Numbered from the stretch's first letter, positions 1 through 7,988 are shown. The stretch: 10,688 bases of DNA from Promethearchaeia archaeon (GCA_029856125.1 JAHQWJ010000011.1:1-10688); one strand, 5' to 3'. The notes: a model not told the origin generated them from the letters alone. A program made the numbers and translations.

Positions 1-420
1 GTGTTTAAACACCAAGCCATTCTATCCCAATTCCACTTAACTGCTGATGCGTTAAATGCGGTACCGTCGTGGAATGTAACATCGTCTCTGAGTGTAACAG
101 TATAGTTTGTGTTCGGCAGACCACACCGGCGCGATAGTTGCGTGCGCGAGTCGTGGAATAATTGCGAGTTGGGGATCAGATAAATCATAAGCGAATAATC
201 CTTCGGCTACTTGATCAATAACATCACCAGAAGCACTATCCCAGGAAACTTGTGGGTCAAGGTCTACAGGCAAATACATAGTTCCGAAGATGAGAGTAGT
301 GTTATCGTAACCGCCACCACCTTCTCCGCCTCCTTGAAGTAAGAATACACCAATACCAATACCACCGCCAATAGCAATTATTGCTATAATTCCTATAGCG
401 TATATTGTTTTCTTTTCCAT
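1..420 (-). CDS. ABC transporter family-5 (peptide/nickel) solute-binding protein, membrane anchored; frameshifted near 111-114 and running off the left edge
   Basis: N-terminal hydrophobic anchor and Gly linker, then TLIFGT..PVDLDP..WDSASGDVIDQVAEGLFAYD..IIPRLA..WSA. After a frame change at ~114 the reading continues NTNYTVTLRDDVTFHDGTAFNASAVKWNWDR, the family-5 LR.GV.FHDG signature, with no stop before the window edge. Confidence 0.85.
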
Positions 421-686
421 ATTTTTATCACTTATTTTTTAAAATTTTTGTTTTGTTAGATTTATTGTTAAGTATTTATCTAAGTTTGTAAATTAATAAG
501 GTTTATTCTTTTTTTTATCAGTTGTTAATACGAGATTTTTGTAGAGAGGACTGATTAGTTATGCTTAAAACGGTTAAACAGTTGAAAGTTAAAAGGTATT
601 AGATCTTGCTTAAATTTAGTTTTATCACTTCTAAAAGTTATTATATGGCATAATAATTAGGAAATTTATTTAGTAGAACATTTACT

Positions 687-1020
687 TCAAGCGCTTATTA
701 TTCCTATTATAATGTCGTAATAAAATGAGGAGAATAGTAATAAAAAAAGCAAAATCCCCGAGATAATTATGCCTTTATCGAAAAAGGCTTTCTCAGTTCT
801 CCTTGCTAATTCAGGTTTAGAGGAAGTTAAATACATAAACCGCATAATAATATATAGAGAAATAGGAATCGTAAAAATCACTATATATTCTATTAAATTT
901 AATGTAGGCTCGAAAAGGGAGAATTTTAATATAACATAAAGAGAATAAGTCATAAATAAAGAACAAGCAATTAAAACGTGAAATTGTTCTAGTAATTTTA
1001 TAGATTTTCCTTTTTTTCAT
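687..1020 (-). pseudogene. Truncated paralogous copy of the C-terminal 105 codons of the adjacent UbiA-family gene (gene fragment or small membrane protein)
   Basis: 687..1004 translates SIKLLEQFHVLIACSLFMTYSLY...FYYDIIIGIISA. This is colinear and gap-free with 1079..1396, 80/105 aa identical by manual count. There is an in-frame TGA at 1017-1019, and the ATG at 1018-1020 is one base out of frame. Confidence 0.75.
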
Positions 1021-1396
1021 CACTTGTTATAGTAATTTCTAACTTTGCCAAATAGACTTCTTGAATTTTGCTATTATCTTAGCCACCAAATAATCCTACA
1101 ATAATATCATAATAAAATGAGAAAAAAAGGATCAAAAAAAGTAAAATGCCCGAGATAATTATGCCTTTATCGAAAAAAGCTTTTTCAGTTTTTCTTGCTA
1201 ATTCTGGTTTAGATGTGGTTAAATACATAAATCTCATAATTAAATAAAGCGATATTGGGATTGTGAATATTGCAACAAATTCCTGTAATATCATAGTGAA
1301 CCCAAAAATGGGAACTCTTAAAATGAGATAAAGAGAATACGTCATAAATAAGGATCCAGCAATTAACACGTGAAATTGCTCTAGTAATTTTAGAGA
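687..1396. repeat. Diverged direct repeat of 318 bp (687..1004 and 1079..1396, offset 392 bp)
   Basis: Shared blocks include cccgagataattatgcctttatcgaaaaa, gttaaatacataaa, gtcataaataa and acgtgaaattg.tctagtaatttta. Confidence 0.92.
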
Positions 1397-2029
1397 ATAT
1401 TGATCGTAAACTTTCTTATGCTCAATTGCTTTATCCTGCCCGAGATACAACAAATCTCCTTTTCTCTTTGCTATGCTAAGAAACATTGCAATTTCGAATA
1501 TCGCTAAGAAGAGCCAAGCAGAGATAGTAGCATTAATAATTACTACTCCAGATAAAGCCCGCCATAAATAGCCGGTAGATAACACCAGAATATCTACAAA
1601 GGCATATTTTTTGAAGAAGTGATTGTATAATTGTCCTGTTAAAATTATAAAGATAATCATTACTATTAAACTAATATTGGGTATAAGGAAGACTAAAGAG
1701 AATGCCATAAACCCTACAATTGCTATAATTAATAACACTGCGACGTACATTGGTAGTTCTCCTGAAGCTAAAGGTTTCTTTTTTAATTTTTCTTGATGTT
1801 TTTTGTCATTCTCTACATCTATTATGTCGTTTATGATATAATTAAAAGAGGAAGCACAACAAAGTAAGATAAAACCTAAAATGAGATCAAAATAAAGGTT
1901 ATGATAGAATATTTTTCTGCTGAAAAAAACCGCTACAAATATTAAAAAATTCTTGTAATACTGTCTTATCCGTAAAAGCTGAAGGACGCTTCTGATTTTG
2001 CTCGTCATTGTAATTTTAAACTGATGCAT
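1079..2029 (-). CDS. UbiA-family prenyltransferase, decaprenyl-phosphate phosphoribosyltransferase (DPPR synthase)-like
   Basis: LLRIRQYYKNFLIF, Asp-rich YIINDIIDVENDKKH..K.KKPLASG, KKYAFVDIL, AKRKGDL and MRFMYL motifs, with many TM segments. The start may instead be the ATG at 2008 (MTSK). Confidence 0.85.
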   Translation of the reverse strand: MHQFKITMTSKIRSVLQLLRIRQYYKNFLIFVAVFFSRKIFYHNLYFDLILGFILLCCASSFNYIINDIIDVENDKKHQEKLKKKPLASGELPMYVAVLLIIAIVGFMAFSLVFLIPNISLIVMIIFIILTGQLYNHFFKKYAFVDILVLSTGYLWRALSGVVIINATISAWLFLAIFEIAMFLSIAKRKGDLLYLGQDKAIEHKKVYDQYSLKLLEQFHVLIAGSLFMTYSLYLILRVPIFGFTMILQEFVAIFTIPISLYLIMRFMYLTTSKPELARKTEKAFFDKGIIISGILLFLILFFSFYYDIIVGLFGG

Positions 2030-2034
2030 ATCAA

Positions 2035-4581
2035 TTAAACTTTGTTGAGGTAAAAAATCTTATCTGGTTTAAACTTTTTCAAAAAAATGTAGCCGACTTT
2101 ACTAATTAAACTCGTTTCCGCCTTTCTTTGAATATATGCGGTATCAGTTTCGAAAGATAGACCTTCTAATGATTTGTACGGAATTTTAACATCCTTATCG
2201 AATATGTTTTTTACCTTAACATAGCTAACCTGGTTTGTTTTTTGTTCGTCTTGAGAGTTCTTTGCGCCCTGGGGATAAAATTTAAAATCTTTTAAATACC
2301 CAATTTCGAGGTTATTCACAGGTTTTTTAAGATAAAAATAAGTTCTAATATGATTTTCCAGTAACCAATTTAAAACTCTTTGTTCAGATTCTCGAGATAT
2401 ATCTGATTTTTTTATATTTATATATATAGCCTTAGGTTTAATTATCAAATCTTTTAGTGCGTATCGTTCTTCAATATTTTCTCCATTTTGAGGTATTTCA
2501 TCAAAAATTAACTCTGATTCTTTAAAAGGGTCTGAAATTTCTACATTTGAACATTTGATTATTATTGTTTCTCCTTTATTATTAAAGAAAATATCTTTAC
2601 TGCTGAGTGATTCAATTAAGCTTATAGGATTAGGTAATTTTGTTTCCTTAAGCGGTTTGATTATTTCATGCCCAGCTTTATCTAGGAAATAAAAATCGAG
2701 TGTTTTTTTTTTGGGATTTATATCAACTTTTAAAAGTTTTAAGATGCCTTCCTTTTCTAAATAATACTGGTCATTCAGAGAAATTTCTGATTTAGTATAT
2801 TTTGAGGAAATTAGATTATGAATCTTATTATCCTTTAGATTTTTTACAACATACTCGTCAGTATCACAAACATCGTCTTTAAAATGAATATTTTCCAGTT
2901 TACCTAAAAGTCGTTCGTTTGTGATTTTATTTTTAAAAATAAAGTCTTTTTCAATTTCTAATTTGTAGAGTTCTTTTCTGTTTAAATCGTGCATTAGAGT
3001 TGTAATATTTTGAATTTTGAAGTGCTCTCTAAACTTATCACTGGCAATTTCTTTAAATTTTCTTCTAGCCTTCTCAAAAAGATTACCATAATATCTCTGT
3101 TTAGACTTCTTTAAACATATGAAAGGAAGTAACATTTCCTTTGTCGGTTTTAATTTATTATCAAGTATAGCAACAATTCTGTGGTATGTAGGAGGATGAG
3201 AGTTAATTAAATTACTTATGAGTGAAATTCTTTTTGGTTTAATTATTGATTTATTGATATAATCGGCAGTATTTAAGAAATTTAACATTTCGTTATCAAT
3301 ATTTATCTTCTCATCACATAATAACATAGTGTTCAAACCAATTTCGCGTCCTGTCGCATAGAAACTTTCTAAATTATAAAGTGCTTTTACCAGCTCATTA
3401 GCATACCCTGTGTTTTTTGCTTTTGCATCGGCTTTTCCTTCTAGTATTCTAACAAACATAAACAGAATAACGTAAATGAGGAGATTTAATAATATAAATA
3501 ATGTGAAAGGAAGTTGGGGATTTCCAAAAGTATAATCGTAGTATGTAGCGGGAATACCTAGAAGCAATCTAAATATTAGATCTCCAGTCGTTATAAAAGT
3601 TAAGATTAGCGTATGTCTTCCCTTTGTATGTGCTAACTCGTGAGCAACAATACCCTTTAATTCGTCCATGGGAATTTTGTTAAAATCTTCAACTATAAGC
3701 GCTATTCTTTTGTCCAGAATGGAACCATAGGCCATAGCATTTAATATGGGATATTTACCAATTCCTACTTTTACTTTACCTTGTATTCCAATATCCAATT
3801 TTATTTCTTCAATTAAATCTAAAATTTTTTTATCTTCAACTGGTTTTATTCCAAGTAAAAAATCTAAAACAGGTCCTGAAATGAAATAAATTACCCAATT
3901 TATCATGATTAATACAGTATAAACATTAAAAATGAGCTCCCAGGGGGAGAACTTGTTAAATAGCAAGGATTTATTCGAAATGAAGTTAAGAGGTGTATAT
4001 TGGTTAATAAAAACAATGGCCAGCCATGCTAGTATATAAAGAAAGAGTGTCAAGTATTCAGGAGACATAAATCTCCAAATAACAATATATCTTCGACCAA
4101 ATAAAATGAAACCTAATCCTAAAATTATCCAAAATGAAAAGGAAAAAGCTGTGTTTACTACTATTGGGTTATTAATAATACTCGATATAATACCCGAGAC
4201 AAAAATTACGTTGTAAGTGACCAAAGAAATTATTAAAATTTTGTTTAATACCGGATAATCCTTCAATTCTGCTATGCCAAACCATAGGTAAATTGAAAAT
4301 GCTCCCATAATTGAAGTGAAGACATCTTTTGAAAAAAAAAAGATAAGAAAAAAAAAGAAAAGAAGAGCCACAAAATCGCTCAATTCGCTTCTCTTTCCTA
4401 ACTTACTAAATTTATAAAATTCTTCAATAGAAAATATATAAAAAATGATAAATGTCCAAAAAGTCCAATCTGTGATGCTTTGCATTGATATTGGAAGGAA
4501 CAGAAGAAACATAAATAAAAATGTGCTAAGTGAGAGTAAAATAAAAATGTAAAATAAAACGAATCTCAGTATTTTTTTCAT
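2035..4581 (-). CDS. M48 (HtpX/Ste24-like) zinc membrane metallopeptidase with an extended N-terminal TM domain and a long soluble C-terminal tail
   Basis: ILNAMAYG, ELKGIVAHELAH (HExxH, aa 314-318, nt 3628-3642), RILEGKADAKA (third ligand E), ALYNL and SHPPTYHRI motifs; about 8 hydrophobic segments in the first 245 aa. Confidence 0.88.
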   Translation of the reverse strand: MKKILRFVLFYIFILLSLSTFLFMFLLFLPISMQSITDWTFWTFIIFYIFSIEEFYKFSKLGKRSELSDFVALLFFFFLIFFFSKDVFTSIMGAFSIYLWFGIAELKDYPVLNKILIISLVTYNVIFVSGIISSIINNPIVVNTAFSFSFWIILGLGFILFGRRYIVIWRFMSPEYLTLFLYILAWLAIVFINQYTPLNFISNKSLLFNKFSPWELIFNVYTVLIMINWVIYFISGPVLDFLLGIKPVEDKKILDLIEEIKLDIGIQGKVKVGIGKYPILNAMAYGSILDKRIALIVEDFNKIPMDELKGIVAHELAHTKGRHTLILTFITTGDLIFRLLLGIPATYYDYTFGNPQLPFTLFILLNLLIYVILFMFVRILEGKADAKAKNTGYANELVKALYNLESFYATGREIGLNTMLLCDEKINIDNEMLNFLNTADYINKSIIKPKRISLISNLINSHPPTYHRIVAILDNKLKPTKEMLLPFICLKKSKQRYYGNLFEKARRKFKEIASDKFREHFKIQNITTLMHDLNRKELYKLEIEKDFIFKNKITNERLLGKLENIHFKDDVCDTDEYVVKNLKDNKIHNLISSKYTKSEISLNDQYYLEKEGILKLLKVDINPKKKTLDFYFLDKAGHEIIKPLKETKLPNPISLIESLSSKDIFFNNKGETIIIKCSNVEISDPFKESELIFDEIPQNGENIEERYALKDLIIKPKAIYINIKKSDISRESEQRVLNWLLENHIRTYFYLKKPVNNLEIGYLKDFKFYPQGAKNSQDEQKTNQVSYVKVKNIFDKDVKIPYKSLEGLSFETDTAYIQRKAETSLISKVGYIFLKKFKPDKIFYLNKV

Positions 4582-4830
4582 ATGAACTCATAATCCTTTT
4601 AATAGTGAATATTTTTTAAAATGTGAATCTCTTAATATTATTTACTCAAATCTTTTTGGATGAAAATTTAGGTTATAGGTTTTAAAAACTAATTTTGTAA
4701 ATCTATATTAACAATACATTTCTTGAGGAAAAAATCAAAATCCAATAAGTTTAGAAATTTCATAATTTTAGAAAATAGAAATTTTTTTAGGGTAGCGAGA
4801 AATGAAAGTGATGAATTTTCCACTTTTTTC

Positions 4831-4859
4831 TTTAAATATAACTACGTCATTTGGGTAGT
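4831..4859 (+). promoter_or_regulatory. Putative archaeal TATA box (TTTAAATA, 4831-4838) followed by an ACTAC-N9-GTAGT inverted repeat
   Basis: Matches the TTTAWATA consensus ~44 nt upstream of the ATG at 4882. Palindrome arms are at 4841-4845 and 4855-4859. The background is AT-rich, so chance is possible. Confidence 0.4.
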
Positions 4860-4881
4860 AAAAGATTTAAAATAATAAATT

Positions 4882-5493
4882 ATGACAGATTATATTGAAG
4901 ATCCATATATTGGATCAGAATTTGATGATATTTTTAATGGATGGTATGAAATTGAAGGCACAAGAAAAATAAAGGAACTTTCACGCCAACTCCGAACTTT
5001 TTTCAATTATAAGACTGAAGTAATAAGATTTCGATTTCGATCCAGTCCAAATCTTGCCGAAACTGATATAAACAATACATTTTTCAGTCGAAAGCAAGAA
5101 ATTGAATCATTAACCTGTGAATTCATAAAACTATTAAAAAAGATTAAGAAAAATGGACACACACTTGAGCAAAGGATTCGATCCCTGATTTTTAATAATA
5201 AAATAGAACATTTAATTGAACTTTCAGAAATAACTGAGAAACTGTCCTTGTTACTTCACTCTTTTTCAGAGGAAAGTCTTCATGATCAGCCAAAATTTCT
5301 CAAGTTTAGCGTGATATTAGCGCAACACCTTTGTTTGGTGAAAAAATGCTTGAATGCACAATTTAGCGAGTTCTTTGAGGAACTTGAAATAAATTACAAC
5401 AATTTAGAAGAAGAACTTGAAGATTTAATCCAAATCGCGCCAGTTAAGAAGAAACAATCAAAAAAACAACTTGAGGAGAGATTAACTTCATGA
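4882..5493 (+). CDS. Hypothetical alpha-helical protein (203 aa), first gene of the plus-strand cassette
   Basis: Uninterrupted ORF with amphipathic helical pattern, no TM segment and no recognised motif. Its stop overlaps the next start (ATGA 5490-5493). Confidence 0.75.
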   Translation: MTDYIEDPYIGSEFDDIFNGWYEIEGTRKIKELSRQLRTFFNYKTEVIRFRFRSSPNLAETDINNTFFSRKQEIESLTCEFIKLLKKIKKNGHTLEQRIRSLIFNNKIEHLIELSEITEKLSLLLHSFSEESLHDQPKFLKFSVILAQHLCLVKKCLNAQFSEFFEELEINYNNLEEELEDLIQIAPVKKKQSKKQLEERLTS

Positions 5494-7937
5494 AGGCATA
5501 CACCAATGTATCGCGAAAAACCGTGAAAGAGGATCAAGTAGCAATCTGCCCAAATTTCGGATGCGAGTACATGACGCGAGTTAAACCTCTTAAATTTAGG
5601 TTCTTAGGATTTGGGAAGTATCCTAAATGCAAAAAACATCACATTCCTTTAGTCTTTATTGATGAAATGATCGGTGATTTCGTGGATGCTGCCTTAGCGT
5701 GCTTTTTTGATAAAACAGGACTTCCTCCAAGTGAATTACTTGAAGGCGTAAAATCAAGATTCCCTGATGATTATATCCCGTTTATAGAAGGATGGGTGTA
5801 TTGCATCACGGTTGGAAGGGGAGCGCCAATAGTTTCACGTTACATGGATGCGATTTCAAATGCATATCTCAAGCAATTGACCAAGAAACAGATTAAAGCA
5901 CTCAAAAAAGGAGATAATTCTAAACCAAATTCCGTGAATAAAGCAATTAAGGTTGGAATGGATGAAATAACCATTCAATATACAAGGATTCTCAAGCATC
6001 TTAGAGCTCATTCCGATATCCTCATTAAGCTTCAAAAACTTAAATCACTTTCTAGAAACCTCCGAAAATATTTGAAGGATTGGCAAAAAAATATGTTAAA
6101 GCAAAATGAGATCATCAATTCCCCAGAAAGCAAACACGAAATGACTTTAAAAGTAATCAAGAGCAATTATGATCAAATCCTAAATGTCGGGACATGTCGA
6201 TGCTTGCTTGGATTAAATCCTGAAAGTAAAGAATTTAAAAATGCAAAGTTAACCGCTTTTGATAGGTTTTCTTCCTATCATGATTTTTATATTGAAGGAT
6301 TAACTGTGAAATTTACAAAATCTGATGTTAAAAGCCTATTAAAAATAAATCATGAATTTCAAGAATTTGGAGAGAAAAAAACTCAGCAATCTGAGTTATC
6401 AACTTATGATGAAGAAATCGGGGAGTTTTATAATAATGATGTAGATAAAGAGCAGTCGCAAATTAGTTCATGTGAGGAACAAAATTTGAAAACAAATCAA
6501 TCAAGAATCAACCTTCAAAAATATATTGACCCTATTTTAAAAAATTATTCCGCCAAGGTAGAAAATTTCATGAAAAAGCAATTGAGATTCGGTTTGGGCT
6601 ATGTACCAAAAAATTCTCCAAGTTTATTAAAAGCTTATAATAATCGGGGAAAATGTGATTGGGTTGGAATTATATATAGAATTACAGAAATTTTAATAGA
6701 AAATAACAAAAAACTCAAAGGAAGAATATTATATGGATACACTACAGATACATTAGAACGTAGATGGGAGCGATATAAAACACATGCAAATAATGATTTT
6801 ATGGAAAATCAAAAGATACATAATGCAATATTAAAGATACAAATTAGTGGTAAGAAACCTGACGATTTTTTTATCAGAGAAGTGATTGAGGTACATTTTG
6901 ATGATATCTTTATGAGGAAAAGGGAAAGATTTTGGATTGCTAAAGAAAAAACTCAAGATCCGAAAATTGGGTTTAATACTAATAAAGGGGGTGAGGGTAG
7001 ATCAAAAATAAGAATAAGTATGAGGGTTTTAATCAAAAACTTGGCTCTGGGTTATGGAGCATCTCACATTGCAAGAATTATCTCGGATCATCAAGAATAC
7101 ACTATATCTAAAAATACTATAAGAAGGAGAATTAATGAATATTGGGGGAATTATAAAAAAGCTAAAAAGATGTTTTTAAAACCTGTCCTGGAAGGTTTAA
7201 TTGCTGATGGTTTCCGTTCCAAGGACATTATAAGTGCATTTGGTACACGAGGACGAAATATAGTAGAGACAAAGATTCCACTGTATCTTAATGGAATGAC
7301 TTTTCTTGAAGTACGAAGGAATTATTTATTGAATAAATTAACAAAAATATTACCATATGTTAGCATCGAAGATAAGGTCTTTTCTCAATTAAAGAATTTT
7401 GGTAGAGTCGAAATTATTAATCTAATAAACAAAACATGGGGTGGATTTCATAAAGCTCAGATAAAGCTTCGACAATCTATTGTTATAGAACTTTTAAGAG
7501 ACAATATGGAAGGACCAGCCATTTTTTCAACCCTTGGATATTCAAATTCCTATTCATATAATCATCATAATGACTTGATGCAAAAATTGTTTGGGTTGAA
7601 TACAGAACTTGCAAGATGTTTTTTTACTAGTTATTTTACAAATTCCCCAAATAAATTTACTCAAACAATCAAATTAGAGCCGCATAAGGTAATTTTCATT
7701 CGAGCTAAATCTTTATTAGAGAAAAATAGAGATTGTATCTATTCTGGATCAAATTTCATAAGAGATTTGGGCGGATTAGGATATACTTTAAAGACTGTTA
7801 AAAAACAAAGTGGTCGCATTATCAAAAGATTTTTTGGAATGAATTTCATCGAATTAAAAAATTATATTCATAATGCTATTTTACCGCCAGATCTGGAGGG
7901 GAAACGCTCAATTTTTGATGAATATTTCACCCAATGA
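5490..7937 (+). CDS. Modular protein: Zn-binding N-terminal domain, linker, GIY-YIG-family endonuclease and tandem HTH-like repeats
   Basis: C20-x4-C25-x21-C47-x2-H50; GIIYRI (393-398), LYGYT (414-418), LERRW (R424/R425), RERFWI (E479) and GFNTNKGG (N496); ~50-aa repeats after aa 510. GAGGAG at 5473-5478 lies upstream of the start. Confidence 0.8.
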   Translation: MKAYTNVSRKTVKEDQVAICPNFGCEYMTRVKPLKFRFLGFGKYPKCKKHHIPLVFIDEMIGDFVDAALACFFDKTGLPPSELLEGVKSRFPDDYIPFIEGWVYCITVGRGAPIVSRYMDAISNAYLKQLTKKQIKALKKGDNSKPNSVNKAIKVGMDEITIQYTRILKHLRAHSDILIKLQKLKSLSRNLRKYLKDWQKNMLKQNEIINSPESKHEMTLKVIKSNYDQILNVGTCRCLLGLNPESKEFKNAKLTAFDRFSSYHDFYIEGLTVKFTKSDVKSLLKINHEFQEFGEKKTQQSELSTYDEEIGEFYNNDVDKEQSQISSCEEQNLKTNQSRINLQKYIDPILKNYSAKVENFMKKQLRFGLGYVPKNSPSLLKAYNNRGKCDWVGIIYRITEILIENNKKLKGRILYGYTTDTLERRWERYKTHANNDFMENQKIHNAILKIQISGKKPDDFFIREVIEVHFDDIFMRKRERFWIAKEKTQDPKIGFNTNKGGEGRSKIRISMRVLIKNLALGYGASHIARIISDHQEYTISKNTIRRRINEYWGNYKKAKKMFLKPVLEGLIADGFRSKDIISAFGTRGRNIVETKIPLYLNGMTFLEVRRNYLLNKLTKILPYVSIEDKVFSQLKNFGRVEIINLINKTWGGFHKAQIKLRQSIVIELLRDNMEGPAIFSTLGYSNSYSYNHHNDLMQKLFGLNTELARCFFTSYFTNSPNKFTQTIKLEPHKVIFIRAKSLLEKNRDCIYSGSNFIRDLGGLGYTLKTVKKQSGRIIKRFFGMNFIELKNYIHNAILPPDLEGKRSIFDEYFTQ

Positions 7938-7988
7938 TAAGCTTCTTCAGTTGAAAGAGAATAGAAAATTATGAAGTGTACTAATTTT

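Noticed and set aside
817-1023. 68-aa ORF MMKKRKIYK...
   Set aside because: It is an alternative frame over the UbiA-derived fragment; the homology lies in the other frame. Only its start codon is of interest.
687-1396. Repeat pair as a diversity-generating retroelement TR/VR
   Set aside because: Mismatches are not restricted to adenines (ACT/ACC, GCC/GCT, GGG/GGC), many are synonymous, and no reverse transcriptase is present in the window.
4332-4361. A10/A9 runs in the M48 gene as phase-variation tracts
   Set aside because: They encode Phe-rich TM sequence in frame, and such runs are common at this AT content.
6468-7876. Nuclease region as an intein
   Set aside because: There is no intein block A or B, the His-Asn near the end is followed by Ala rather than Cys/Ser/Thr, and the nuclease is not LAGLIDADG or HNH.
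4759-7975. Possible terminal inverted repeat TTCATAATTTT (4759-4769) / AAAATTATGAA (7965-7975) around the cassette
   Set aside because: Only 11 bp of nearly pure A/T in AT-rich spacers, with no convincing target-site duplication and no transposase. It is compatible with chance unless an empty site maps to these ends.
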